A stretch of DNA of 64,000 nt from the NCBI RefSeq assembly GCF_006345805.1, contig NC_043007.1:60698001-60762000 (forward strand), given 5' to 3'. This document shows positions 27,027 to 40,371 of this stretch, in pieces. Below the pieces are notes generated by a model. The model did no database searches. It saw nothing but the letters and a program-made list of their open reading frames with translations, and was not told the origin of the DNA. Source of the stretch: Octopus sinensis (lineage: Eukaryota). The position numbers were made by a program, and so were the translations under genes. Within the stretch, counting starts at the first letter, position 1. Each line of letters opens with the position of its first letter.

Positions 27027-29659
27027 ATCATCAACATTTAACATCAGTTTCTATGCTGACATGGTTGAACAGTTTGACAGGAACTGGCAAGGCCAGGGAC
27101 TGCACCAGGTTCCATAGTCTGTTTTGGTTTGCTTTCTATGGCTGGATGCTGTTCTAAAATACCAACCACTCCATATAGTGTACAGGGTACTTCTTACATA
27201 GCACTAACACCAGTGCTTTTTACATAGCACCAGCACCCATACCTATACCAATGCTTTTTATGAGGCTCCTTGGTTTTAGGATCTCAATTCTGTTGTGATG
27301 AGCATATCCCCCTCTCTCTCTCTTTCGGAGAGGCACTGAGCAGCTAAACGCACACATACACACACGGCAGTAACTTCCACCTACCGAATTCAATCACAAA
27401 GCTGCGGTCGGCTCGGGGCTATAGTGGAAGACACCTACCCAAAGTGCCACGCAGTGGGACTGAACCCGAAACCATATAGCTAGGCTTCCATTTAAAAAAA
27501 TTTTTTTTTATTGAATGTTGGAAAACGGCACTTGTGGTTTTCATGCCATGTAACATACTTGTCCATCTCAAGAAACAAGAAGGGCTGTTATTGGTAGTGA
27601 TATCTTAGAAATCATCTATTGTTGTATGGAGTTCACCCATGTATCAAATGACATGTTTCTCAGCTGTACTTATTCCAGTAGTCTTGATTTATGGAAAGTT
27701 TGGTAAATGCCTTCAATAGCCTCATTTATATTAATTCTTCTTTTATACTTTGGTCACTTTGGCCAATGTTATCAAACTCACAATATCAAGTTGTTACAAA
27801 CATGGTGCAAAAACTTTGCAATGGGCTCAGACAATTCTTGACACTTGTGTTCAGCAATGACCAGTTTCTTTGTAAGCCACATATTCTTCATTATAATCAT
27901 ATGTATTTTGCTGAGCACATGTCCCCCAGCTCTTTCAGATGAACCATTAGCAATGTCTTCAGTATAGTTGTGATATCAGCTTTCAGTATAAAATATGTGT
28001 CTGTTCTCCCTTTTGGACCATCATGCAATTTCTTTGTTCTTGAGGAGGCAAAAACCATTCTAACCATGTGTCAACTAAGTCAGGATCAGTCAGCATCAGT
28101 TCACATTCTATTGAATATGCCATCTGTTAATTAGTCACAAAGAAAGTTTATATCTATACCAAGAAATACTTCAACAGGAAACAGTTATTAACAAAGAATG
28201 ACACATAACTGAAGGATCAATGTGGAGTACTCCATCTTATCAAATTCTACGCCTTCCTGTCTTTATGAGTATATACCACTGATTATAACTTGCACCATTT
28301 AAAAGCATGTATAAACCATCCTATTGCTTCAAAAGATCTTTTCTCTTGATTGGCTACATGAAACTTTAAGTAGCAGTTTGTAAAGATTTTTGGCTTCAAT
28401 AGAATAATACTATATTTTTCTCTACCTTTGATATTTGAATGCTATTTTCTTCAACTTGTTTTGCACCTATATACCAGCATGTGTGTGTGTGTTTAAGAAA
28501 GAATTTGTTCATGACAGCAGTTTCATATTCCACTATAACATCTCTCATAACTTCACTGTTGAATCAGACCAGAGAGCTGACCATTGAAGAAATGTCAGTC
28601 AGCGAGTATTAATAGAAAACACTATAAATTACATAGTATTTCCTATGAAATGAACTAGATTCTTCTTTACTATATTGATGAAACTATACACCAGATATAA
28701 CATTCCCATATAAAATTTTCAGATGACAGTGAAGGAAGGGTGACAGAGCAGTTTTTAGTTTCTCACTAAGATGTTTTCTAAACAAACAACTGTCACTATT
28801 AATTTCACAAGTGCTCTACATGAGCATATATATATATATATATGCAGACAAGAGGTGAGAGCTGTGCATGCTTAGTATTGAAAACACATAGTAGTACTCA
28901 AAAGGTTTTGAACTTATATTGCAAAGTCTTCATCCAGGACAAGGCATACAGTGGTTATAAGAAAAATCCAAATTGACCTGATATGGAGGTAGTAATGGAG
29001 ATAAACACAGGCTTGATATAAATATATTTATATGGAGCTCAAAAAATATAGAATAAAATATGTAATCTCATAATGGCTGTAATTTTGACATCTGTTTCAG
29101 GAAGCCAAAAGTCACCTAATAATGATAATAATCATGATTTGCAAATGAAATATGCAAAAAATCATAGGTATGTAACCAGTCATATGAAGATATTACAATA
29201 TGTCTGGCTTCCTTTACCAAGAGAAGATTGGCAAATGCAATTCATATAGTAGTAGTGTTAGCAAAAAAAAAAAAAGAAAAGTTACAGGTAGAGGAAGCAG
29301 AACAAAATCAAGGATAAGAGGAAGAACTTCTAGAATATAAGAAGAAAGGAAGAAGGATAAAATAGAAGAGACAGTGAGAAGAGAGTAGGGCAAAGAATAA
29401 AATTAAAATCAGCCAACTGAAACAAAATGTTACAGGTGGTAAAGTTAATGCTAAGCAAATCATAACTCAATTAGGAATGTCATCAGACCAGACAAAGAGG
29501 CAGGAAGAAATAAGCATTGAGGTAAAGCAGTATGGGTCATGGTAGCAGAGGAGAAAAGTATGTTGAGAGAAAAAGAATAAGATATAAGGAGAGGGAAAAT
29601 GAGTACTTACAAATATGGGTAAAAAATGTTTGAGACACTTGCTCTTGTGTTTATGCATC

Positions 29660-30185
29660 CCATTGTAGGAACCAGCAATAGTCACCCATCATGTGTGGAT
29701 TGAACTGGCCTTGATACCTCATTTCCATCAATGTCGTGGTGGAACCTCTCACCATGCTCATCACTAATGGCACCAAGATTCGTTGCAAAAATCGAGATGA
29801 GAATGCAAGAAGTGCATTTTAAGAGACATTCAATATCCCATTCTTTCATACATCGTTAACATGTTGTTTATTAAATCAGCATAGTTTTCAGCTCAATGAT
29901 TTCCAAGAAAGTTCTGTACAACTAACACAAATGAATCCCATGCCGTCAACTCAACTAGATTCAGTTTATCTCTGAATTTGCTATCAGACATCAATTCTCT
30001 GATCTCGGGTCCAATGAAAATGCCTGCTTTCAGTTTTGCATCACTTTGCTCTGTACCAAGTTTACTTGTAGGGTACTGGAAGCACAACCATCGTGTGTCA
30101 TTGCTTTTACGAAGTTTTCCATGAGGCAAAGTTTGATGTGAAGGAGTGGAAGGAAGATCTTTTGCAGGTCTACCAGTGGTATATG
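29660..30185 (-). mobile_element. DNA transposase C-terminal relic, Chapaev3/CMC-like
   Basis: KLKAGIFIGPEIR...AWDSF..VVQNFLGN...MSLKMHFLHSHLDF...SDEHGERFHHDI...GDYCW. The family assignment is from memory of this motif. Confidence 0.65.
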
Positions 30186-30619
30186 CTGCACATCCATCAC
30201 TACCTCTATACAATATATATCTCTTTATTTTTAATTCTTTTACTTGTTTCAGAGATTTGACTGTGGCCATGCTGGAGCACTGCCTTTAGTCGAACAAATT
30301 GACCCTAGGACTTATTCTTTATAAGCGTGATACTTATTCTATTGGTCTCTTTTGCTGAACTGCTAAATTACAGGTAAGTAAACACACCAGCATTGGTTTT
30401 CAAGCAATGGTGAGAGGACAAACATAGATACACAGACATATATATGACAGGCTTCTTTCAGTTTCCATCTACCAAATCCACTAACAAGGCTTTGGTTGAT
30501 CTGAAGCTATATTAAAAGACACTTGCCCAAGATGCCACGCAGTGGGATTGAACCCGGAACCATGTGGTTGGGAAGCAAGCTTCTTACCACATAGTTACAC
30601 CTCTCTCTCTCTATATATA

Positions 30620-31000
30620 TATATTATTCACAATACCCTGACCTGGGCACAGTCTGTGGACCATGCCTCTCCTCTTTCTCTTCACACCCACACCGCCCTT
30701 ATCCGTCTCCTGTTTCCCCTCACCTACCCCTCCAATGCATCATTCTCCGACTCTTCCACCTTGTACATCTTCACTAAGCTATCCCTTCCCTCCTTCAAAC
30801 GAGCCCACAACCTGCGTGACCTCCTGGTCCAGTTTCTCCCCTACCCCTGCCTGGCTCCTTACTCTGCTCTCACTCGTGCTGTGGCACCTGCCCTTACCTC
30901 TCCAACACCACCCATCACGTCACCAACTCCTTTACTATTATTTACTGCATCTTTTATTCTCTCTGCCCTTCCCTGTACATTGGTCAATTTAGCTGGTACG
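30620..31000 (+). mobile_element. Penelope-like element GIY-YIG endonuclease fragment
   Basis: LFPLTYP...FSDSS...SFKRAHNLRDLLV, then (frameshifted) CGTCPY and IYCIFYSLCPSLYIGQ. Confidence 0.7.
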
Positions 31001-32149
31001 TTAAATAGTTGTAAAGAAATTTTCACAAAATGTGTTACTAGAAAATTGGATCTCCCCATTTGCTGGTTAAACTATTAGACCGTAAAGATTTTGATTATAG
31101 CTTCTATTTATCCAATGGTCAAGGGGAGATTTAACGTTTTTGTAGGTCAGCCACTAGATTTCGATATCTTAGCGTTTCCTCACATCGGGGAAGGGAAAAG
31201 TTAAGTTTGCCTTTGTATAGAGTCTAAAGAGCTGTGCACAAGGCTGTAACTTTTGTGGATACGAAACCATTGGTCACTCTATGACCAAAATTTAACTTTT
31301 GCTTTAATACTTACTGCGCTATTCTTTAGAGTGTGCTTTTTTTCATATAAGCTATACTGACAATCTATCTATCTATCTATATATATATATACTCTTTTAC
31401 TTGTTTCAGTCATTTGACTGCAGCTATGCTAGAGCACCGCCTTTTATTCAAGCAAATCGACCCCAGGATTTATTCTTTGTAAGCCTAGTACTTATTCTAT
31501 CGGTCTCTTTTGCCAAACCGCTAAATTACGGGGATGTAAACACACCAGCATCGATTGTCAAGTGATGTTGGGGGAACAAACACAGACACACACATATATA
31601 TACGATGGGCTTCTTTCAGATTCCGTCTACCGAATCTACTCACAAGGCTTTGGTCAGCTCGAGGCTACAGTAGAAGACACTTGACCAATGTGCCATGCAG
31701 TGGGACTGAATCCAGAACCATGTGGTTCATAAGCAAGCTGGTCCTACGTCTACGTATGTATATAGATATATACATATAAATGTATGTATATATATGTATA
31801 TATATATATGTACACACACACACACGTGTATGTGTCTATGTATGTATATGTATCTGTGTATTTATTTGCATGTGTTCCTTGAAAGTTGCGAGCTATGAAC
31901 AGTGTTGTTGGCACTGCTGTCAATGAATTATCAACTCACTTCACACAAAGACATCTAAATTATGGGATCCTTTTCTTGAAACCTAGCATGGTTTAGTGAC
32001 AGGAAGGGTACCCAGCTGTAAAACAATGTCTCAATAATATATACATCGATACATGCTAGTAGAAAAAACACACGTGAAAATGAATAAAAAAAACATATAT
32101 GCAGGTAAGTCAATAATTGCACACACTCTTGTTTCTCTAAGTTATTAAA

Positions 32150-33120
32150 ACAAAAGCACGGCATTGAACAGTTACATAATTTTTTGTCATAGTCTACTTG
32201 CTTTTTGATGCACTTCTTCCAGCAGCCAACAAGCTTGCTTAAGCTCTCTTGACACCCATCTCACACAGATTTTGCAGAAGTGAAGCTTACCACAGATAAT
32301 TTTGTATGCAGAACCATGACTAATTTGCAGAGAACATACCATCTCATCAATGCAGCCATTTATGCACTGCTTTCTGAGCTTTTTCATAAAGGAAGTTTGA
32401 GCAGTCAAAAGAGGTGATAGTCAGAAAAGGTGAGATCTGGACAATATGCAGAGTATTCGAGTAACTTGAAACCTAATTTTTCAATGGTTTCAATGGTGTG
32501 GCATGATTAGTCATGAAACAATAACACTTATCTTAACAATAGACCTTGGTGTTTGGTGCAAATTACTTGTTTCAGTTTGTTGGCCAAACCCTTCACTGGT
32601 GGCTGTAAACCCCCTTTTCCAGGTAATATTCCAGTATAGGCCCTTGTGTATCCCCAAAAACTTATTACCACTTTTTCTATTGTCTCAAATTTCTTTTTCA
32701 CTGGCAATTGCAGGTGTTTTTACTCCATACTCTGCCTTTTGGAGTTTGGCTTGAAATGATGAACCCAGGTCTCATTTCCTGTGACTATTTTCTCCTAAAA
32801 CAGTTTTGCCTTCACCATTGTAGTGGTCAACTAAGCATTGATAGATCTCCACACAATTTTACTTATGCATTTCAGAAAGCTCTCTTGGTACTCATCTTGC
32901 ACAGACTTTGCAGAGGTGAAATCTGTCATGGATGATTTTGTATGCAGAACCATGACTAATTTGCAGAGAACATGCTATCTCATCAATGGTCACTCACTGG
33001 TTTGCCAGAACCATCTCTTGAAAGTGTTGAATTTTCTTGTCAGTGGTAGGGGCTGGTGGGCATCCTGCTCCCTCTTCATGTTTCACAATTGTCCAGCCAT
33101 TTTTAGACTGTGCAGAACAA
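32150..33120 (-). mobile_element. Rearranged mariner relic
   Basis: Minus strand TIDEIACSLQISHGSAYKII, a YCPDL.FSDYHLF motif, and a second ISHGSAYKII...RWVSRELK segment. Confidence 0.78.
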
Positions 33121-34224
33121 AAAAGAACAGCAGAGTTTCCTGGTGGAAAATTTCATGGTTTGTTGATTCTTCCATAGAAAAGACATACCCAGTATCTTCC
33201 TCCCATGAGATATTTAGCATGTAAAGCAGTAATAGATTGTGCTAACACAGAAGAGGATAGCTTAATGTGCATAATAGTACTTCAGATAGATTTTCATTAA
33301 TTAAACAATATAGATGATGCACAACACAGCATGAATTAGAAAAGAAATAAAACTTTAAATATTAGAATGCTTAGCTGCGAGGGTATAAGACTGTAAACAC
33401 ATTCATTCTATTCTTTTGATGTGAAAAAAGAAGTTTGTGTGATAGACCATTTTCATGGTTTTACTTCATTACTCCTTATAGAAGACACACCTGGTTTCCT
33501 TCTCCAATGTTGTTTCCCTTAAAAGCATTGATCAGTTGTTTTTGTTACACATCATATATGTGTATTCCTTGATGTGAATATCTGTGCATATTAAGAAAAT
33601 ATATACAACTTTGACAACATAGTCATAAGTTGCCAATAACAGACCATGCATAAACTTTTGATTTGTTAATAAGCATGGGGATTTACTCAAGTGACATCAA
33701 AAAGACAGTTCTTCCAGCCATCACTGGACGTTTTATATCTAATACAAAATAACTCAACAGTTTAAGAGAAAAAGTTGGACATAGAGCTGGAACAAGTTTG
33801 TTTCACTTTTCAATTGGTGGCATTTAAACAAGGTGATTTAAATCTCATGTGATAGAAGCATATGACATATATGTATTTTCTGAAGGGTGACGTTTCAACA
33901 AGTCTCTATATTATTACTGTGGGAATAGTTTATAACTGGAAAACGGCTGAATGGATTTGCACCAAATTTGGCAGAAATACTCATTGGTTGAGAGGCTTGA
34001 ACTCATAAAATTTTGGTGGACGGGTGAATCAAAATGCCTTTTTTATACTTTGTTACATATTGTATAAATACGGAGGGGAAATAACTCTTGATGTCATTTT
34101 GTTGAAATATGAATTCGTCTAAGAATATAGTTATTAAATTAAATTTTATTTTAACCTTGTGTGCAGGATATGCATCGTCTCTATGATTCCTTCCCCCACC
34201 CATTTCTACTGTTTTTACATTAAA

Positions 34225-35210
34225 AATGAAAATGGAAGAATATGAGATACATTTTCATCGTTTGATGCTCTTTTTTTCCAGAAAGGAGGAAAATGCTGTA
34301 CAAACAGCAAAAAAGATACAATTTATGGAGATAGTACCATAGCTGAGAGGACTGTAAGTCATCATGAGGTTAAGGAGTGAAAATTTTGAACTGGAAGACC
34401 ATGAACATCCTTGCATTAATGGCAACCAAACTGAAATGCTAATCAAAAATAATCCAGGTCACACGACAAGATGTTGCAGAGATACTTCACATATTTCTTA
34501 TGAGTGTCATAACGTATTTACAACTATTTGGGTACCCAAATTGCTGATATTTGGGTGCCTCATAATCTAATGGACTGCATTTCCATCTTGAATTCTCTGC
34601 TCAAACTCAACAAAAATTAGCCATTTTTGAATAGAACAATCGCATATGATGAAAAATGGATTATTTACAACAATGTACAGTAAACAAAGTTCATCAGAAA
34701 ACAAAATGAACCGCCTTTAATCACTCCAAAAGCTGGTAGTATCTGAAGTTGATGCTCAGTATCAGGAAGGATTGGAAGGGTATTGTGTATTACATGCTCG
34801 TGCAAATTCAGCGGTTGAATTCAGACAATTGTTGTTGCCAATCAGACCAATTAAAGGAGGCAATTGATGAAAAACATCCAGAATTGGTCAATCAGAAGGG
34901 TGTCATCTTCATTCAGGACAACACTAGATTTCATGTTTCCTTGCAGATCCAACAGAAATTGGTACAGCTTGGTTGGGATGCCCTACCACATCCACTGTAT
35001 TCACCCGATCTTGCAACTTCAGATTACCATTTATTTCAAACCTTACAAAATTCTCTTAATGGGAGAGACTTCGATTCTTTGGAAGTTCGTAAAAACCACT
35101 TAGAACAGTTCATGATCCAGAAAGATGCCAAGTTCTGAGAGAATGGGATCATGAGACTGCCTTAAATATGGCAAAAGGTAATGGAACAAAACGTGACATA
35201 TGTGGTTGAA
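34225..35210 (+). mobile_element. Mariner transposase relic (different subfamily)
   Basis: IHFHRLMLFF, YDEKWI.YNNV, QDNTRFH, HPLYSPDLATSDYHLFQTLQNSL. TIRs not confidently identified. Confidence 0.85.
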
Positions 35211-35678
35211 TAAATGTACAAATATCTAAATACTTTTTTTGAATTTTACTTAAAAAACTCTAGACTCTTGTTCCAAGTAAGATTAGATAAAAAAAAACTC
35301 TGATCACCAAATTGTATTTTTATAGCAGTATAAAATCAGGTCTCATCCTCATAAAAATGAGGACAAGAATAAAAATTTAAAACAGCCAAGTATTTGAAAT
35401 GCATTACAAATGTAAAGGAAATTTAACTAGGAACTAAAATTGGATTGTAATACTTACACTAGAGCAACACCATTATTCAAGTGAAATACTGCCACATCAA
35501 AAACAGAAGTGCAGTAAGATAATCAGGTATTATTCATGAGAAAACATATGAAAGAAAAACTTCAACAAAATCGACATTGTTTAACACTTTTAATGATTCA
35601 TGGTTGATGAAAATAGAGATAACAAAATATTCATGCTACTGCATTTTCAGTTGATAAACTGAAGGAATAAACTTATTT

Positions 35679-35776
35679 TCAAATTGCTGAACATGATTTA
35701 GGGTTGTGAACCTCACATTTACATTTGTCCTCATCTGGAACATCTTTCATCACACTTTCAACGTGCTTCCCACAAC
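35679..35776 (-). CDS. Cys/His-rich microprotein, exon 2 (G-CGKHVESVMKDVPDEDKCKCEVHNPKSCSAI*)
   Basis: Acceptor tattttacatttcag|GT TGT GGG, phase 1 matching exon 1, TGA at 35681-35679. The join completes the motif CxxCxKxTWxGCGxH...VP...CxC. Confidence 0.8.
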
Positions 35777-37419
35777 CTGAAATGTAAAATATATAGAACT
35801 TCAACCACCAATTTCTTTTGTTAAGTACAAGAGATTGATTTTAGGACAAGAGGCATGTAGCTGAATTAAATAAACTATGTTAATAACAATATCAATAACA
35901 CTTATTTTATCAACACTTGGGCTAAGAAATGAAAAGGGATGAAAGATAGGGTACCTCTACTTCTTTCTCATCTTCTCGGCTACCCCATACACATATGCAC
36001 CTTACTTTGTCCTATAGTTGATCCTGAAATCCCCCCCCTCACTCTATCTACCTATCTTCCTATTTCTTTTTTCTTCTTCTTTACTTTCACCAATTAATAG
36101 CTACCTCTGCTACCATTCTGTTATAGAACATTGATATATTCGCGTCTTTTGCTTGGGATGTCTACTATATCAGGACTTTAACCCACATGGATATATGCAG
36201 GATTGCACCAAAAGACTTACACTCATAGATCTACGTAGGATTGCACCTAAGGACTCATTCTCTGGTGTCTGTAACTTCAGAAAGTTGAACTATGAACTTT
36301 TATGCTTCTTTGTTCTTCTCGCTTTCCATCTCCTTATTCTTTTACACCCTTCCTCTATGTTGTCATCATATTGATATATACCATTTTCATTTTCCATATT
36401 TTTTACCCGCTATTTCTTTGTGATGATGGAATATCCCCCAAACAGCTATAAGACTTTGAATTTCTTGTTATAATAATAGTGTATATCACTCGAGATGTTT
36501 GCCTTGCCTTAATGTTTGTTGACCTGTTTAACAATTATATATCCACTGCATCGGAAATCTGCAATGTCTCCATAACTGCCATCTTGGCTATAAACTTGGA
36601 GCCCTAGTAATCCGTTACAGCACTTACCTAGCATACCTAATCACTGGGATCACCTGTGAACTAAACCGCCATACATTGTACACATATGTGTGTTTCTCCT
36701 CTGTCCCCCAAACAAATCTTTGCTTGTTTACAGTGCACCCACCCCAACACCAATACCGGATATCTCTATCTTCCCACCACCACAACCAATACTGGATATC
36801 TCTATCTTCCCACCATCTACACTGGATATCCCTTCTCCCACCACCATTACCTGTGTCTATTCTCCCACTCTCCTCCTCACTGGGCTGTTCTCCATATATT
36901 ACCTTCACTTCTCTCTCTCCTAGGACAAATGCAACCAGCCCAGCTGCTCATCCACCCACCCACTTCACTGACTATCTTACGTTTCATTCTGTCTAGAAAT
37001 TTGTCACCACCCCTTCCAGTTATCTCTTCTCCCAATTCCCCCCTCCTCACTGGTGCTGTTCCTTCTATTACCTGCACCTTCACTATCTCTCTACTGGGAC
37101 AAACGCAACCAAGTTATCTGCCCACCTACTTAACCAGCTATCGTTCATTCCATTTTCATTCTGTATAGAAACATGACAACAACTACCCAGGAATTTTCCT
37201 TGGCCTTACGAAGTGAAGGAGAAAGCTATTTGGCTGTCCTTGTGTGCTTGTTCCTGTGTGTGAGTGTGCTTGTGTATATATAGGAATGAGCTTTTCCTCT
37301 CTCTCTGTCTGAACCCTTCCTTGCTGGTGGTACCCTCCATTATACCTGCAATCCCCCTCTACCGGAACAAACACAACCAGTTTCAGCTGACCCCTTCCTA
37401 ACCTAACATTGGAATATCC

Positions 37420-40370
37420 ATATTTTTGCTACACCGCTTGAATCTACATCATTCGATGACCATAATGCTTATGCTTACAACGCTAACACCGGCTCCTACC
37501 TCCAGTAGGGGCAACAATCTTAACATGCTTGAATGTTGTCAGGTCGGAAGAGAGAACAGAAGAAGCATGCCTAAAAAACGAACACCGCAACAACCCTCTT
37601 CTTTTCAGACACTGAATAACATCCCTCCTCCCCAAACCTAACCCTACATTCCCTTCCCAGTTTTCAGACTTGGCACTGTCAATGTTGGCACACTGAAAGG
37701 TAGGTCTAGTGAGATTGCAGAAATACTTGAAAGGAGACGGGTTGATGTATGCTGCATACAAGAGGTAAGATGGAGAGGAGCTTCAGCTAGGGTCCTCACA
37801 GGCAAGGTACATAGGTATAAAGTCTTCTGGCAAGGCAACATGGATGGTGTAAGGGATGTAGGCATACTCCTCACAGAGAAATGGGTGGATAAGGTCATAG
37901 AGGTTGTTAGGGTATGCGATAGAGTGCTTAAGCTCAGGCTAGTCCTGCAGAACAGCACAGCTACAATTATCTCTGCCTACGCCCCACATGCAGGACCACA
38001 AAATGATCAGAAGGACCACTTTTATGATACCCTTCTACAGGCTACCTCAAAGACGAGTGGCAATGACCTCATCTTTGTGGTTGGAGACTTTAATGGGCAT
38101 GTTGGGCAGGAATCTGGTGTCTTCACTGGGGTACACGGTGGCCATGGTATTGGCACCTGAAACGATGAGGGAACCAGGCTACTGGAGTTTTGTGATGCGT
38201 GAAACCTTTTAATCTGCAACACTAACTTCAGGAAGCCAGACAGCCATCTTATAACCTATCAATCAGGGGACTCTGCTAGCCAAATTGATTTCATACTCAC
38301 CAGACAACAGGACGCAGGGTTACTCTTAAATACAAAGACCCTTCCGGGTGAAGAATGTACTCCCCAGCAAAGGCTGGTCGTTAGTGACTTTGGGCTCGAG
38401 ACCAGAAGGATACCAAGAAGCAGACCAATCCAAAAAAGAAGGATTTGGAACATAAAGAACCCTTCACATGGTCAAAGATTTAGGGATATCCTCATCAAAA
38501 AATTTGAGGAGAGGGAGGAGGAGCTACAAACATTGGACATAGAAGGTAGCTGGAAATTCCTACAGGACAGCTTGCTGAGTGCTACAGACTAAGTCTGCGG
38601 ATGGTGCAAAGTCCCTTCCAGACCTAGAGTTACATGGTGGTGGAATAGTATGGTAGACAGGACCATTAGAGCAAAGAAACAGGCCTGGAAAGCCCGGAAG
38701 AATGGGAGTTGTAGGAAACTGTATCAGGTAGCCAAAAAGGAGGCTGGGCAGAAGGTATACACAGCCAAGAGCGAGGTGGAAAAGAAGAAGCTTGCCAATG
38801 TCCAGCAACGTGAGGGCCAAAGAACTGAGGTATTTCGGATTGCAAGACTGTGTGAGAGAAAATTGTGATGTCACAGGAGAGAAATGTGCATGAATGATGG
38901 TGCACTTGATTTTAATGATTCTGAAAAGAAAGAGGCTTGGAGAAGCTATTTTGAAAGACTACTAAATGTGGAGAATGAATGGGAGGAGGAGAGGCTGCCA
39001 AGTGTTGACCCAGTAGAGGGACCAGCTATCCAAATAGACAGCTCCCAAGTAGATAAAGCAATTAAGGGGTATGAAGCCAGGAAAAGCCCCCGGCCCATCA
39101 GAAATCACTGCTGAGATGCTTAAAACATCTGGTGGTGTGGGCTATGGCCTAGTCACCCGCATTGTAAACCAGGTACTCATGATGGAGTCATACCCAACGA
39201 CTGGCGTAGCAGCACCATAGTCAACTGCTACAAGGGTAAAGGTGATGTGCTAGATAGAATTAACTACAGGGGTATCAAACTGCTGGATCGGGTGATGAAA
39301 GTCACAGAGAGGGTCATAGCCCATCTCATTAGGGAGAGTGTCTGCTTAGATGAAATGCATGTTGGTTTTGTGCCGGGTAGAAGCACCACTGATGCCATAT
39401 TCCTGGTTCAACAACTGCAGAAGAAATACCTAGCTAAAGATAAACCCCTATACTAAGCTTTTGTGAACTTGAAGAAAGCCTTTCACAGGGTCCCCCGATC
39501 TCTTATCTGGTGGGTGATGCGGAAACTGGAGATTGACGAATGGTTAACAAGGGCTGTAGAGGCCCTTTACAGAGAGGCCGTTAGTAAGGTTAGGATTGGC
39601 AATGAGTATAGTGAAGAATTCCGGGTAGAAATAGGGGTCCACCAAGGTTCAGCCCTCAGTCCTCTTTTATTCATCATAGTCCTCCAGACAATAACAGAGG
39701 AATTCAAGACAGGTTGCCCCTGGTAGCTCCTCAATGCTGATGACCTGGCCCTCATAGCAGAATCACTACCGGAACTAGAAAAGAAATTTTGGGTGTGGAA
39801 GCTAGGTTTAGAATCAAAAGGCCTTAGAGTCAATGTAGCAAAGACCAAAGTTCTAGTAAGTAGGAAGGTGAACTCATCACACACCCCTTAGGTAGGTGGC
39901 CCAGCTCAATATGTAGAAAAGGTGTAGGTAGAAACTCCATAAGATGTACCCAGTGTAAGCTATGGACACATAAGAAGTGCAGCAACATCAAAGAAAAATT
40001 AAGCGAGAAGATAGCATTCTTGTACGGCAGACGCACAGGGGTAATAGACACCACAGATACTCAGAAAACAGATTCCATCACACTCCAGGGGAAGAAACTA
40101 GAAGTAGTTGATAGCTTCCGCTACCTAGGTGACCAAGTTATTAGTTGGGGTGGATGCTCAGCGAGTGTTACCACTAGAATAAGAAATAGCCTGGACGAAG
40201 TTTAGAAAGCTTCTTCCTCTACTGGCAACAAAGGGTCTCTCGTTCTGAGTGAAAGGTAGATTGTACAACGCATGTGTGCGAACTGCCATGCTTCACAGTA
40301 GTGAAACATGGGCCATGACTGCGGAGGACACGCGTAGGCTTGAAAGAAATGGAGCTAGCATGATCCGCTG
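37420..40370 (+). mobile_element. Degenerate near-full-length RTE LINE (APE endonuclease + RT), 3' end missing
   Basis: FRLGTVNVGTLKGRS...DVCCIQEVRW, ISAYAP, GDFNGHVG, IDFIL endonuclease motifs, then RT with stops. Homology ends abruptly at about 40370. Confidence 0.92.
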
Positions 40371-40371
40371 G

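Noticed and set aside
27520-28620. Possible MULE or piggyBac transposase remnant on the minus strand
   Set aside because: Only vague similarity (VIVEYETAVMNKFF), with many stops and no diagnostic motif.
33940-33990. aacggctgaatggatttgcaccaaatttgg, a Helitron/Helentron-type subterminal motif
   Set aside because: No supporting termini or hairpin were found. The match is too short to call.
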